A stretch of 49,482 bases of DNA from an uncultured Gammaproteobacteria bacterium. GTDB taxonomy: Bacteria; Pseudomonadota; Gammaproteobacteria; GCA-001735895. The position numbers and the translations under genes are program-made. Positions 1 through 13,210 of this stretch are shown piece by piece. The first letter of the stretch is position 1, and each line of letters begins with the position of its first letter. The notes under the pieces were generated by a model. The model was not told where the DNA came from and ran no database searches. It was given only the letters and a program-made list of their open reading frames with translations. Location of the stretch: the NCBI GenBank assembly GCA_937936805.1, contig CALDDP010000014.1, forward strand, positions 1 to 49,482, read 5' to 3'.

Positions 1-231
1 AGCCGTCGTTGCGGATTATCCGGATGAATTTCAAAGAATTGCGCCATAAGTATTGCTGGATGCCAGGGTCGCGATCATACAGGAAATTATTGGGAATAAA
101 ACAACAATTGGAAACATTACCCAAATCAATAAATTAGCAGGGGAATCTAGAAAGAAGGGCAGGAAATAGTCCAATTATTGTTACATTTTTGCAACAAAAA
201 TCGAATTTGTTGTTTTTTTCTAAAAAATAGG

Positions 232-259
232 TTGCTATTGTGTCGAAAATGACTATTAT
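232..259 (+). promoter_or_regulatory. candidate sigma70 promoter for the porin gene (-35 TTGCTA, 16-nt spacer, -10 TATTAT)
   Basis: Hexamers read directly at 232-237 and 254-259 in the AT-rich leader. This would give a ~100-nt 5' UTR. Prediction by eye only. Confidence 0.3.
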
Positions 260-364
260 TCGAACCCATAAGCGATCCGACCGGGCTAGTGCGTGTTCAT
301 ATACCGAATCGAGATGGTTTATATCCTAAGCACAATTATATAACTGACTTAAGGGTAATTACTC

Positions 365-1351
365 ATGAAATTTAGAACAACTGCAATTGCAATGGCTGTA
401 GCCGGCACTGTTGCTGCTCCCGTAGCGGTACAGGCTGGTGCAGACGAAATGTACGCATCTGCTCGCGTAGGTATCGAGTACCTCGACTCGGGCGACACTG
501 CCGACCTCAACGTCAGAAGTGTTGCATCACGTTTTGGCGCGAGAGGCGAAACTGATCTGGGCAACGGCCTGACCGGTTTTGGCCGCTACGAGTGGGGTGT
601 CGACTTCAATGATGGCGCTGATGGTTCTTCCATCTCCAGTCGTCATCGTTACGTTGGACTGAAAGGTGACTTCGGTAGCGCACTGGTCGGTCGTACCTAC
701 CACACCTTCTACAACTTCGTAGTCGGCGGAACGGACGTTCCCTGGGTGGGTTCTGGTTTCAACCAGGTTGCCTACGTTGGTCGTACCGATAAGGGTCTGA
801 CCTATCGCGGCGGCTCCGACGCATTCGACTTCGGTGCCACTGTATACATGGAAAGGGAGGATGAAGAAGATGCGATTGACGTATACGAAGTCGGCGCCAG
901 CTTCACTTTCGGCAACGACATGACCCTGGGACTTGCTGTGCAAGGTACCGCGGCAGATCTCGATGATGGTACAGGCACCTTGATCGGTAACAGTAATGAT
1001 GAAGCAGTAGTCGGTGCAATGCTGACCGGCATATCGTTTGGCGACTTCTCTATGGGCGTTGGCGGCCAGGTACAGGATGATGACTCCAGCTTCATTGTTG
1101 ACGTCGGTTTTAACAACTTCTACGCTCATGTCGAAATGGAATTCATCGACGAAGATTCTCCGGGTAACGTCAATGGTACTGACGACGTAGAACCTGTGAT
1201 GTTCACGCTTGGTTACAATCAGCCACTGGGACGCAAGACCCAGATGTACTATGAAGCGGTCTTCAATGACGCCGATGATGGTTGTGCATCTGCCAACAGC
1301 GACTGCGACTCTACCGCAGTTTACGCAGTCCTGAAATACGACATCATCTAA
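365..1351 (+). CDS. outer-membrane general porin (Gram-negative porin family)
   Basis: Signal peptide MKFRTTAIAMAVAGTVAAPVAVQA. Porin-type N-terminus YASARVGIEY...SRFGARGETDLGNGLTGFGRYEW. Alternating beta-strand pattern and an acidic loop region. Followed by a strong terminator. Confidence 0.85.
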   Translation: MKFRTTAIAMAVAGTVAAPVAVQAGADEMYASARVGIEYLDSGDTADLNVRSVASRFGARGETDLGNGLTGFGRYEWGVDFNDGADGSSISSRHRYVGLKGDFGSALVGRTYHTFYNFVVGGTDVPWVGSGFNQVAYVGRTDKGLTYRGGSDAFDFGATVYMEREDEEDAIDVYEVGASFTFGNDMTLGLAVQGTAADLDDGTGTLIGNSNDEAVVGAMLTGISFGDFSMGVGGQVQDDDSSFIVDVGFNNFYAHVEMEFIDEDSPGNVNGTDDVEPVMFTLGYNQPLGRKTQMYYEAVFNDADDGCASANSDCDSTAVYAVLKYDII

Positions 1352-1377
1352 GTTAGACGATTCGTAAAGCAGTACTT

Positions 1378-1404
1378 AAAGGGCTCCTTCGGGAGCCCTT
1401 TTTT
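1378..1404 (+). terminator. rho-independent terminator of the porin gene
   Basis: GGGCTCC-TTCG-GGAGCCC hairpin (1381-1398) followed by a T6 run. Confidence 0.85.
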
Positions 1405-1440
1405 ATTGCTCGCCTGAATTAGCATTTCGCTGGATCATCC

Positions 1441-1660
1441 CTGTGTGCGGGGTAACCCGTCCTACCCACCACCCTTAAGTCATCCCCTCAATCTTCGTCA
1501 CCCCCCCGTTTCTTCACAGTCATCCCCGCGCAAGCGGCGGTCCGACGTATCGGGATCTCATGACAATAGCCACTGCTACAAGATCCCCGCTTGCGCGGGG
1601 GTGACTTAAGGGCGGGGATGATTCTATGACCTGGATTACGGGGATGGCCGGGATGACGCG
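1441..1660. repeat. cluster of palindromic / REP-like repeats in the porin-yciB spacer
   Basis: GTCAYCCCC occurs directly at 1479, 1497 and 1519. Inverted copies (GGGGGTGAC, GGGGATGA, GGGGATGG, GGGATGAC) occur at 1597, 1614, 1640 and 1650. A 19-bp inverted repeat at 1519-1537 / 1587-1605 matches 18/19 with a 49-nt spacer. Outer arms are CCCTTAA 1472-1478 / TTAAGGG 1606-1612. There is also a GCGGGGTAACCCGTCCTAC hairpin motif at 1447-1465. Confidence 0.5.
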
Positions 1661-1757
1661 GACCGTATAATCGATGTTATCGCCAGGTCTGAAAATAGTC
1701 ACCCAAGTCAGATCGAATACGCTAGAATCTGCATTGCTTTAACCATATTCATATTCA

Positions 1758-2408
1758 ATGAAACAACTTTCCGATTTTTTCCCGCTGCTACTTTTTTTCA
1801 TCCTCTACAAGTTTTACCTCGACCTGCCCGATGAATTTATCCTGGCTGTCAATGACTGGGTGCCACTGATGAAGCTGACGCCCGGACAGTCGAGCGATGC
1901 AATTTACCTGGCTACGCTGGCCGCAATCCTGGTAACGCTGGTGCAGGTAGTGCTGGCGGCGATCATCGTCAAAAAAGTGGAAAAGATGCCACTCATCACG
2001 CTGGCGCTGCTGCTGGTGTTCGGCGGCGCGACGCTGGCGCTCAAGGATCCGCTTTTCATCCAGTGGAAACCAAGCGCGATCAACTGGCTGTTTGCACTGG
2101 TTTTTCTAGGCAGTCACCTGGTTGGCGATAAACCCCTGATCCAGCGCATGATGGGTAATGCGATCGAGATTTCCGAGCCGCGCGTCTGGGCGCAGCTGAA
2201 CCTGTCCTGGGTCGCTTTTTTCATTGTCGCAGGGGTCGCCAATGTCATCGTCGCGCCCGCAATCGATCCCTTCGGATTGCAGTTGAGCGAAGATACCTGG
2301 GTTGATTTCAAACTTTTCGGGCTGATGGGAATGACCATCGTATTTGTCATCGGCCAGGCGTTTTACCTGGCCAGGTACATGCCCAATGCCGATGAGGAGA
2401 CCAGCTGA
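1758..2408 (+). CDS. yciB: intracellular septation protein A (YciB/IspZ)
   Basis: [19 protein letters not shown]..., [27 protein letters not shown] and [17 protein letters not shown] align along the whole length with E. coli YciB. Two short insertions are present. Confidence 0.9.
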   Translation: MKQLSDFFPLLLFFILYKFYLDLPDEFILAVNDWVPLMKLTPGQSSDAIYLATLAAILVTLVQVVLAAIIVKKVEKMPLITLALLLVFGGATLALKDPLFIQWKPSAINWLFALVFLGSHLVGDKPLIQRMMGNAIEISEPRVWAQLNLSWVAFFIVAGVANVIVAPAIDPFGLQLSEDTWVDFKLFGLMGMTIVFVIGQAFYLARYMPNADEETS

Positions 2409-2707
2409 TGTTATACAGTATTGTAGGAATTGATAACGAGAACAGCCTCGCAGCCCGCATGTCGGTTCGCGCCGCGCATGTTGCCCGGCTGAACGAATTG
2501 CGTGACGCGGGTCGATTGATCATTGCCGGACCGAATCCAGCGATCGACAGCGATGACCCGGGCGAGGCCGGATTTACCGGTAGTATCATTATCGCGGAGT
2601 TCGACTCGCTACAAGCTGCAGAAGAATGGGCCGATGCCGACCCTTACATCGAGTCCGGTGCTTACGCGTCGGTCAGTGTAAAGCCATTCAGGAAAGTGCT
2701 GCCGTAA
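2408..2707 (+). CDS. yciI: YciI-like protein
   Basis: 99 aa. [22 protein letters not shown]...[21 protein letters not shown] is a typical YciI fold signature. The start overlaps the yciB stop by 1 nt (TGATG). yciB-yciI adjacency is conserved. Confidence 0.85.
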   Translation: MLYSIVGIDNENSLAARMSVRAAHVARLNELRDAGRLIIAGPNPAIDSDDPGEAGFTGSIIIAEFDSLQAAEEWADADPYIESGAYASVSVKPFRKVLP

Positions 2708-2902
2708 GGCAGTGTCCCGGAAAGTGCGTCAGCACTTACCGATGCGTCGGACCGCCGGGATCTCGTGACGCAATGATTAAATAAAATTTATGCTAACTTC
2801 GACCGCAGGGTTGGCTGAGTCCAGTTACGGGACCAGGAATGTTGCACTATTTTCGCACGGATCTGAGCAAATGCCACGTCAGGCAAGGCAGGCGTTGGAT
2901 TG

Positions 2903-3424
2903 TTACAGGTTCTTGCTGGGGCTTTCCAGGTTGTCGCTGATTTCACGCAGCAGCATGTCTTCCGACTCGATGCGCTCGGCCATCGCCTCGCCGATGGACG
3001 ACAGGTCACTATAGAGGTTAACCAGGCTTTCGGGTTCGTCGACACCTTCGTATTTATCGTTGAAATCGACAAACAGCCTGGTAGTGCCGGAAATTGCAGG
3101 GTATACCCGATCGGCGACCTTCCTGACGTTGCCACGCCGTTCCTTGCCGTCGATAATCCTTTCGTATATTTCGAAATGCCCCAGCGCAGTGTAATCCACC
3201 AGCCGCTGGTTAAAACTGCGCAGGTTATGCATTACGGTGACCGGGGGCACCTCGCTGGACTCGAGTTCGGCGAGCTCGCACATCGATACCAGTACCTGTT
3301 GCCTTTCCTGCAAGAGATTATTGATGGTATGGGACTGTCGGGTACGACGATTTTCTTCGGCCGAAATTTTCTCGGCTATCTGGGCTATTTTGTCTATTTG
3401 TGAGTCGCTCACGGTTAACCTCAT
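2903..3424 (-). CDS. rsd: Rsd/AlgQ family anti-sigma-70 regulator
   Basis: LVDYTALGHFEIYERII and DLSSIGEAMAERIESEDMLL match the conserved Rsd/AlgQ blocks (E. coli LVDYLSAGHFSIYERI, LSDIGEALEARFVLEDKLI). Confidence 0.8.
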   Translation of the reverse strand: MRLTVSDSQIDKIAQIAEKISAEENRRTRQSHTINNLLQERQQVLVSMCELAELESSEVPPVTVMHNLRSFNQRLVDYTALGHFEIYERIIDGKERRGNVRKVADRVYPAISGTTRLFVDFNDKYEGVDEPESLVNLYSDLSSIGEAMAERIESEDMLLREISDNLESPSKNL

Positions 3425-3563
3425 TGCTACTACTGTCAGGTAAAACTAAAACCAGCTGCGAAGTGCTTATTATGCGGTCGAAATCGTCAGCGGTAAACAG
3501 TCATTATATGTTTTGCCGCCTATTATTTTTGTTAAACTCGTTGGATTTGGCGAAGGTGGCAAC

Positions 3564-3782
3564 GTGAGTAAATCAAAACAGTCGAGGCTGGAAAGTCTCG
3601 AACTCCTCTACAGCGAACAGGATCACATGCTTCAGACGCTAAACGACATGGTCGCGCAACAAGGCCAGGACATTGCCCGTCTGAATTTACAGCTTGAACA
3701 AATCAGGGCTCAACTACAATCGCTGAAGAGTGAATCCACCACTGAAATCAATTCCGGATTCGAGATACCGCCGCATTACTGA
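3564..3782 (+). CDS. slyX: SlyX family protein
   Basis: Short coiled-coil protein ending in the SlyX-typical ...PPHY. I prefer the in-frame GTG at 3564 over the ORF-track TTG at 3513. The start is uncertain. Confidence 0.75.
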   Translation: MSKSKQSRLESLELLYSEQDHMLQTLNDMVAQQGQDIARLNLQLEQIRAQLQSLKSESTTEINSGFEIPPHY

Positions 3783-4483
3783 TGAACGCCAGACCGCATG
3801 ACGCGTTGGCAAACCTGCTTAACCATGCGCGGACGCAGGCCGGCAAGATTAAGATCCTGCCCAATGAAAACGGTGTCGAAATACAATTGCTCGAAGCGCA
3901 GCTTGGTTTCCAGCATAGCTTTATTTCAGGTGCGCTACCGGTTCGTGCAAGGCAAACGACTCAGGCTCTGTTAAAAGCCTGCAACAACAAGCAACGCAAC
4001 ATCAAAACCATGCTCGACCTGACCGCTGGATGGGGCTTTGACGGCTTTACCCTCGCCTGGCACGGTCAGCAGGTCACGTTGCTGGAACAAAATGTACTGG
4101 TACACGCAATCGTCGCCTGTTCGCTCGACCGATTGCAGGCTGATCCAGAAAAAGCCGCTGTCGCCGACCGGCTTTCAATTAAAAATACCAACGCAAACAG
4201 CTACTTACAATCAAAAGACAGCAACCTGGTCTACGACTGCATTTATCTTGACCCGATGTTTCCACGCTCTAAATCCGGCGCTAAACCCGCCAAGGAAATG
4301 CAAATACTGCAGGCATTGACCGCCAATATTGAAATCGATTCATGTTTCGAACTGGCATTGCAGAAAGCGCGCAGGCGAGTGGTGGTGAAACGCCCGGCGA
4401 GGGCTGCCTTGCTCAGCGCGCTGAAACCGGACCTGGTTTATCGCGAGAAAACGGTTCGCTTCGATGTCTACCTGACCCGCTGA
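3782..4483 (+). CDS. rsmJ: 16S rRNA (guanine1516-N2)-methyltransferase RsmJ
   Basis: DLTAGWGFDGFTLAWHG, YLDPMFP, KEMQILQAL, RRVVVKRP and RFDVY match E. coli RsmJ (YhiQ) blocks. Confidence 0.85.
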   Translation: MNARPHDALANLLNHARTQAGKIKILPNENGVEIQLLEAQLGFQHSFISGALPVRARQTTQALLKACNNKQRNIKTMLDLTAGWGFDGFTLAWHGQQVTLLEQNVLVHAIVACSLDRLQADPEKAAVADRLSIKNTNANSYLQSKDSNLVYDCIYLDPMFPRSKSGAKPAKEMQILQALTANIEIDSCFELALQKARRRVVVKRPARAALLSALKPDLVYREKTVRFDVYLTR

Positions 4484-4541
4484 GGTCTATAAGTACCACC
4501 CCCCAAACGGCCGTCATCGCTTCGCCATAAATCCCAAGGCA

Positions 4542-4625
4542 GGATAATCGGTGAAAGTTTTTGCGAAGTAAACCGCAGGCGGCGTAGCCCGCCGAGGCAT
4601 TCGCAAAAACTTTCACCGATTATCC
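4542..4625. repeat. 26-bp perfect inverted repeat (long hairpin) between convergent rsmJ and yajQ; possible bidirectional terminator or REP-like element
   Basis: GGATAATCGGTGAAAGTTTTTGCGAA (4542-4567) and its exact reverse complement (4600-4625) are separated by a 32-nt spacer. No flanking T-run. A second small hairpin, CCCGGC-CATA-GCCGGG, lies at 4633-4648. Confidence 0.6.
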
Positions 4626-4693
4626 GGCCCATTACCCGGCCATAGCCGGGTTGGTATAGCGATAGTTGTGAGCATAAGTAAGTGCGATTGGGG

Positions 4694-5176
4694 TCAGTCG
4701 CGAAAATTATTGAACTGCAGCGGGATGCCGAGTCCGGCTTCACGCAGGCTTTGCATAACCTGCTGCAGGTCGTCGCGCTTCTTGCCGGTCACCCTGAGTT
4801 GCTCCCCCTGGATAGCGGCCTGAACCTTGAGTTTGCTGTCCTTGATCAGTTTTACCATCTTGCGCGCCAGGTCCTTGTCCAGCCCCTCCCTCACCGTGAC
4901 CTGCTGGCGGGCCCGTTTGTTCATTTCGATGATATCGGCAAATTCGAGACATTCCACGTCGATGCCCCGTTTTGACATTTTCTCCTTCATAATCGGGACC
5001 ATCTGCTTTACCTGGAATTCCGATTCCGCCTCGAGGGTTAGACTGTTACCCGCCTGGGCAATATTTGCATTGGAACCTTTAAAATCGTAGCGGGTACCGA
5101 TTTCACGGTTAGCCTGGTCCAGCGCATTGCTGAGTTCGTGGTGGTCTACTTCGGAAACAACGTCAAATGAAGGCAT
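4694..5176 (-). CDS. yajQ: YajQ family nucleotide / cyclic-di-GMP-binding protein (UPF0234)
   Basis: MPSFDVVSEVDHHELSNALDQANREIGTRYDFKGS is the canonical YajQ N-terminus. Length is 160 aa. Confidence 0.92.
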   Translation of the reverse strand: MPSFDVVSEVDHHELSNALDQANREIGTRYDFKGSNANIAQAGNSLTLEAESEFQVKQMVPIMKEKMSKRGIDVECLEFADIIEMNKRARQQVTVREGLDKDLARKMVKLIKDSKLKVQAAIQGEQLRVTGKKRDDLQQVMQSLREAGLGIPLQFNNFRD

Positions 5177-5189
5177 CGTATACTCTTGC

Positions 5190-5720
5190 TCAGGGTCTAA
5201 TGGTTAAGGTACTGAAATCGTTGCTGAAATTATAATTCGGGATCGCAAGATTCTGAAATTTATTTTCACCCTGCAACGCTCGGCCAGCATAGTCATAAGC
5301 TGCATTGCTACAGGTTTCCTGTAACCCGCGCCCGAAGGCTTCAAGCACACAGCCCAGGTGGGTACCGATGGCATAGGCGACAAAATACCCGGCGTGCCTT
5401 GAGCGCAATTCATTAGTCGCAAACGCAGGCTGATGACTACGACTTGACCCGGGATCCTGCAAATTCGTGCTCGCCTGGCGTAAGCCGGCAATGCTCGCCG
5501 CTGAGCGGGCTATGACCACCACCACCAGGTTATCCTGGCGCAAAAACACCGGCACATCCGGCGCCAGGGGCTCCAGGTTGAAGTGATAGGAGCTTTGCAC
5601 CCCGGGAGGCCTGATATCGATTGCGAAATCGACCAGCACATAAAGCACAGCCAGTCCCAGCACGGCAAACCAGGCTTTGAATAATCTTTTGAGTAGTATC
5701 GGTTTCAATAATCTGCACAT
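5190..5720 (-). CDS. membrane-anchored Rieske-fold (PetA-like) protein lacking most [2Fe-2S] ligands
   Basis: N-terminal TM helix. The C-terminal part, IGTHLGCV...ETCSNAAYDYAGRALQG..NLAIPNYNF....LTI, aligns with bc1 Rieske CTHLGC...CPCHGSxYDxxGR..GPAPxNLxxPxYxF. The box-I first Cys is Gly here. In box II the first Cys is Glu and the His is Ser. Confidence 0.6.
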   Translation of the reverse strand: MCRLLKPILLKRLFKAWFAVLGLAVLYVLVDFAIDIRPPGVQSSYHFNLEPLAPDVPVFLRQDNLVVVVIARSAASIAGLRQASTNLQDPGSSRSHQPAFATNELRSRHAGYFVAYAIGTHLGCVLEAFGRGLQETCSNAAYDYAGRALQGENKFQNLAIPNYNFSNDFSTLTIRP

Positions 5721-5807
5721 CAGCTGCGCAAACTGACGTGGCGTATCGGCCCGGCATATCCCTTCGGCATCGATGCATTCATATACCCGCCAGTTAACAC
5801 CGCGAGA

Positions 5808-6131
5808 CTAAGCGTCGAGCCTGACCTCTTCGCCAGCCTGCTCACTGCAGTAGCGGCTCAAACAGCTGAACAGTTCCTCGCCACCGCCCTGCAATCGCCA
5901 GCACTGGTTATCCGAATCGTAATCGAAGTGAAAACCGCCCGAGCGCGCCGCTACCCATAACTGCGACAGTGGCGTCTGCTTGTTGACTATAATCTGGCTA
6001 CCGTTGCCGAATTCCAGGGTCAAAATACCGCCGGCACTGTCGTAGTCGATATCGACGCCGCAGTCATCGACCGCTTCCTCGATCGCGGTCATGGTATCTT
6101 CGGCGAGTTGATTGAAATCGGACTCATTCAT
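5808..6131 (-). CDS. cyaY: iron-sulfur cluster assembly protein CyaY (frataxin homologue)
   Basis: MNESDFNQLAEDTMTAIEEAVD...ILTLEF.NGSQIIVNKQTPLSQLWVAARSGGFHF is the CyaY signature. The start is trimmed to ATG 6131, which overlaps the msrB stop by 8 nt. The ORF-track start at 6242 is an extension into msrB. Confidence 0.9.
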   Translation of the reverse strand: MNESDFNQLAEDTMTAIEEAVDDCGVDIDYDSAGGILTLEFGNGSQIIVNKQTPLSQLWVAARSGGFHFDYDSDNQCWRLQGGGEELFSCLSRYCSEQAGEEVRLDA

Positions 6132-6508
6132 CTTCGCCAGCCTCGAAATCGAGCGATAGCGAATTGATGCAGTAGCGTTTGCCCGTGCTGTCGCGCGGGC
6201 CATCCTCAAACACATGCCCGAGATGACATCCGCATTTATCACACATCGCTTCGACCCGCCGCATACCGATACTCGAATCTTCCTCGTAGCGAATTACCTG
6301 CTCGGTTACCGGCCTGTCGAAGGAAGGCCAGCCGGACCCGGAATCGTACTTGTCGGTCGAGGCGAACAAGGCTTCGCCACAACATTTGCACAGGTATTTT
6401 CCGCTGCGTGGATTGTGATTATACTCACCGCTAAAAGGCGGCTCGGTGCCCTTTTCGCGACAGACCCGGTATTCCTCCGCGCTTAATTTACTGCGCCACT
6501 TATCGTCA

Positions 6509-6516
<8 letters not shown>
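6124..6516 (-). CDS. msrB: peptide-methionine (R)-S-oxide reductase MsrB
   Basis: Two CxxC zinc motifs (CKCCGEALF, CDKCGCHLGHVF), GWPSF, and the catalytic RYCINS. ATG 6516 is preceded by GAGGAG. Confidence 0.93.
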
Positions 6517-9619
<3,103 letters not shown>

Positions 9620-9620
<1 letters not shown>

Positions 9621-12600
9621 TACTGAACTCCGGCGAGCGCCACCGCTTCGCCAACGTCGACTGATACCAGGCGTGATACACCGGGCTCGTGCATGGTAAC
9701 GCCGTTCAGACTTTCGGCTATCTCCATGGTTATCTTGTTATGCGTAATCATGATGAATTGCACCTGCGATGACATTTCCGTGACCATTGTACAAAAACGG
9801 CCGACATTAGCATCGTCCAGCGGCGCATCGACCTCATCGAGCATACAGAATGGCGATGGATTGAGTTCGAAAATCGCGAAAATCAATGCCACCGCGGTAA
9901 GCGCCTTCTCGCCCCCGGATAATAACTGGAGGTTGGTAATACGCTTGCCCGGCGGCCTTGCCATAATTTGTACACCGGTGTTGAGCAAATCATTCTCAGT
10001 CATCTCCAGGTGAGCTTCGCCACCGCCGAACAACTTGGGAAAGCGTTCGATCATGCGGCTGTTAACCTGTTCGAAGGTTTCCTTGAAGCGATCCCTTGTT
10101 TCCTTGTCGATTTTTCTGATCGCACCCTCGAGCGTCTCGAGCGCTGAAATCAGGTCCTGGTGCTGCGCATCGAGGTATTGTTTGCGTTCAGCCTGCTCCT
10201 TGTATTCATCGATTGCGGCCAGGTTGATCGGCCCAAGGCGTTCGATGCGCCTGTTGAGGGTTTCCAGGCGACTGCTCCATTCCCCCAGTTCGGCTTCCGT
10301 GTCCAGGTTCTGTTTCAGCTCGTCGATATCCTCGCCGGACTTTTGCAATTGCTCCTCGATCGTTTTGCAACGAATATCGGCCTCCTGCAACTGCATGCGT
10401 TCCTGTTCGAGTTGATTGCGGAATTCATCGACCTGCTGCTGACGACTGTTGCGCTCGGTTTCGAGTTCACGCTGCCGGTTATCGAGTTCGCCGACAGCCT
10501 GCTGCGCAAGCTTCAGTTCCTGCTCGTTCTGATTGCGTCGCTGCAACAATTCCTGCAGTGCAGCTTCCAGTTCCTCGATAGGATCCGCGGCGCCTTTGAT
10601 TGCCTTGTCCAGTTCCTTGATACGCTCATCGAACTGTTCGCTTTGCTGCCTGACACGCTCGACATTGGAACGCGTAGCGCGTTGCTCGGTTTCCAGTGCC
10701 TGCTGTTGAATCTGTTGCTGGTGCGCACTTTCCCGGGCTCGCTGCAGCGATTCCCGGGTTTCACCAAGTTGCTGTTGCAATTGCGACTTTTGCTCCAGCA
10801 GACCTTCTTCCAGGGTCGTCATTTGCGCGATCTGCTCAAGAAACTCGTTGCGCTTGTTACTGTTCGCCAGCAATTCACTGCTGTGCGCGGCCTTGACCTG
10901 GTCGAGTTCTACCAGCTCTGTTTGTATTTGCTCTCGACGGTTTTGTACCTGTTCAGCCTGGTTCTGCTGGTTACCCAGTTGCTGGCGCAGTTCAGATAAC
11001 TGATGCTGCAGGCTCGCCAGGGATTTCTGACCCTGGTCCCATTCCTGTTCGAGAACCTGCAAACGTTGCCGATCGCCATCGTAACTCGACTTTACCGCCA
11101 TCGCCGACCCGGTAATATGCTCCAGCTGGGCGCGGATAGACTTGATTTCCTCAGCGCGCTCGAGCATGCCCGCATGCTGATCCTCATCGCCCAGCTGAAA
11201 AATCCAGTTACCACCAGCCCACAGCCCCTGCGCCGTCACCAGGCTTTCACCGGCTTTCAATTGGGCCCTCTTGCCACGTAAATCATCCAGGTCCCGGCAC
11301 AGGTAGATTCCCTGCAGGATCGCCGACAGGTCGACCTCGCATTCGACGTAATCGCTTAGTTTCGGCCATTCGCGAGACATGGCCTGAGACGGCACCGGCT
11401 CGCGATCAAAGACTGCAAGATTGTGATTCGGCACGAACGCATCGGGGATCGCTTTACCCGCATCCACGCAATAAGCACCCAGAAACGGCGACATTACGAC
11501 TTCAACCGCCTTGCCGATATCGCCCTTGACCTTGAGCAGACCGGCCAGGCGACGACCCGAGTCAATACCGTTTTGCTCGAGCCACTGTTTAACCTCATCG
11601 CTGGTTTCAGCGAGCACGTGTTGCTGCAGTGCTTCCAGCGAGCTCAAGCGTCCGCGCAGGGTCTGCACCTGGTTGCGTCTTACATCCAGCTGGTTAGACA
11701 GGTCCTCGCAGCCGGCACGCAGTTGCTGGATTTCATCAGCACGGGTTTGTGCCAGCGCCATGCTGGCCGCGTATTCCTCGTTACTGGCCGCGACGCTGGA
11801 TTCCAGCTCATTGATTTCACGCACGGCGGCGCTGGCATCAAGATTATCCAGCTCCTGTTGCAAGCGCAGGCGTTGTTGATCGGTGCGCTGAACCTGTCGC
11901 TCGATATGCTCGATGCCCCTGTTCTCAATTTGCGCTGCTTCGTGAACATGGTGGAATTCGCGCCGGAACTGGTCCCAGAGCTCCTGCCATTCGTGCATTT
12001 TTTCTTCCGCCGCTTCCTGCGCCTGTTGCTGCTGCTGCAAATGATCACTGCTGGATTCCAGTTCAGGCGATATGCTGGCGAGCTGCTCTTCCAGCTGCGC
12101 CAGCCGTTCAGTGTCGGTGGTCAGTATCTTGCCCGCCTCTTCGATCGATTGCTCGAGGGTGGCTAACTCCTGGCGGTTATGCTGACGCAGGTTCTTCTGC
12201 ATCTCGATAGCCTGTTCCTTGCTCGAAATATCCGCACCCAGGCGGTAAAACTGGCCCTGTACCTGATTGTGCTGCTCGCTTGCCTCGGCGAGTTTTTGCC
12301 GGCCCTGTTCAATTTCACGCTCGGTTTCGCGTAATCCCGCGGTGCGTTCTTCCATCCCCGTCTCAACGCCCGCCAGTTTGCGCTTGTGCGCATCGATTTC
12401 CAGGTCAAACAGCTGTTTCTGCAACAACAGGCTTTCGGCTTCGAGTCGACGCTGGTCCTGTTTCAGCCGTTTGTATTTTTCCGCAGTTTTCGACTGGCGG
12501 TCGAGTCGCGAGAGTTGCTTGTCGATTTCATCGATCAGGTCAATCAGGCGGTCCAGGTTCTCGCGGGTATGTCGAATTCGAGTCTCGGTTTCGCGGCGGC

Positions 12601-13126
12601 GCTCCTTGTATTTGGATATACCCGCGGCTTCTTCGAGATAAACCCTCAGTTCGTCAGGCTTCGCATCGATGACCCGGCTAACCATGCCCTGCTCGATAAT
12701 CGAGTAACTGCGCGGCCCCAGGCCGGTGCCGAGAAAGATATCAGCGATATCACGACGACGACAGCGGGTGTTATTGAGGAAATACCTGGACTTGCCGACC
12801 CGGGTTGCAAGGCGCTTAACCGAAATTTCATTATACTTGGCGTACTCGCCCGTGACCCGGCCATCCGAATTATCGAAAACCAGTTCAACCGAGGCCTGGC
12901 CTACCGGTTGCCGACCAGAAGAGCCGCTGAAGATCACGTCTTCCATCGACTCGCCACGCAGGTTCCGAGCAGAGGATTCACCCATAACCCAGCGTACCGC
13001 ATCGATAACATTTGATTTGCCACAGCCGTTCGGACCTACGATACCGGTAACATTCGCCGGGAACATGATTTTGCTCGGGTCGACGAACGACTTGAAGCCG
13101 GCGATTTTAATTTGACTGAGACGCAT
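9620..13126 (-). CDS. smc: chromosome segregation protein SMC
   Basis: 1168 aa. Walker A GPNGCGKSN, long coiled coils with a central hinge, signature LSGGEKALTA, Walker B FCMLDEVDAPLD. Confidence 0.96.
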
Positions 13127-13210
13127 TTGAGCGAGAACTTCCAGGTTAAATTTTTTGCGCGCCGATTATATCATCAGCAAAACCCCGCATCAGTAAATCC
13201 TGCTAAAAAA

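Noticed and set aside
1-49. Possible C-terminal 15 codons of an upstream plus-strand gene (AVVADYPDEFQRIAP*)
   Set aside because: It is too short to identify or to distinguish from chance.
1520-1702. 60-aa ORF inside the porin-yciB spacer
   Set aside because: It is composed of the palindromic repeat sequence, has no RBS and no protein-like features. The repeats explain the open frame.
10160-12166. Long plus-strand ORFs (279 aa, 247 aa and others) antisense to smc
   Set aside because: They are L/Q/F-rich low-complexity translations that mirror the coiled-coil codons of smc. They have no recognisable motifs, and the smc frame is full-length and convincing.
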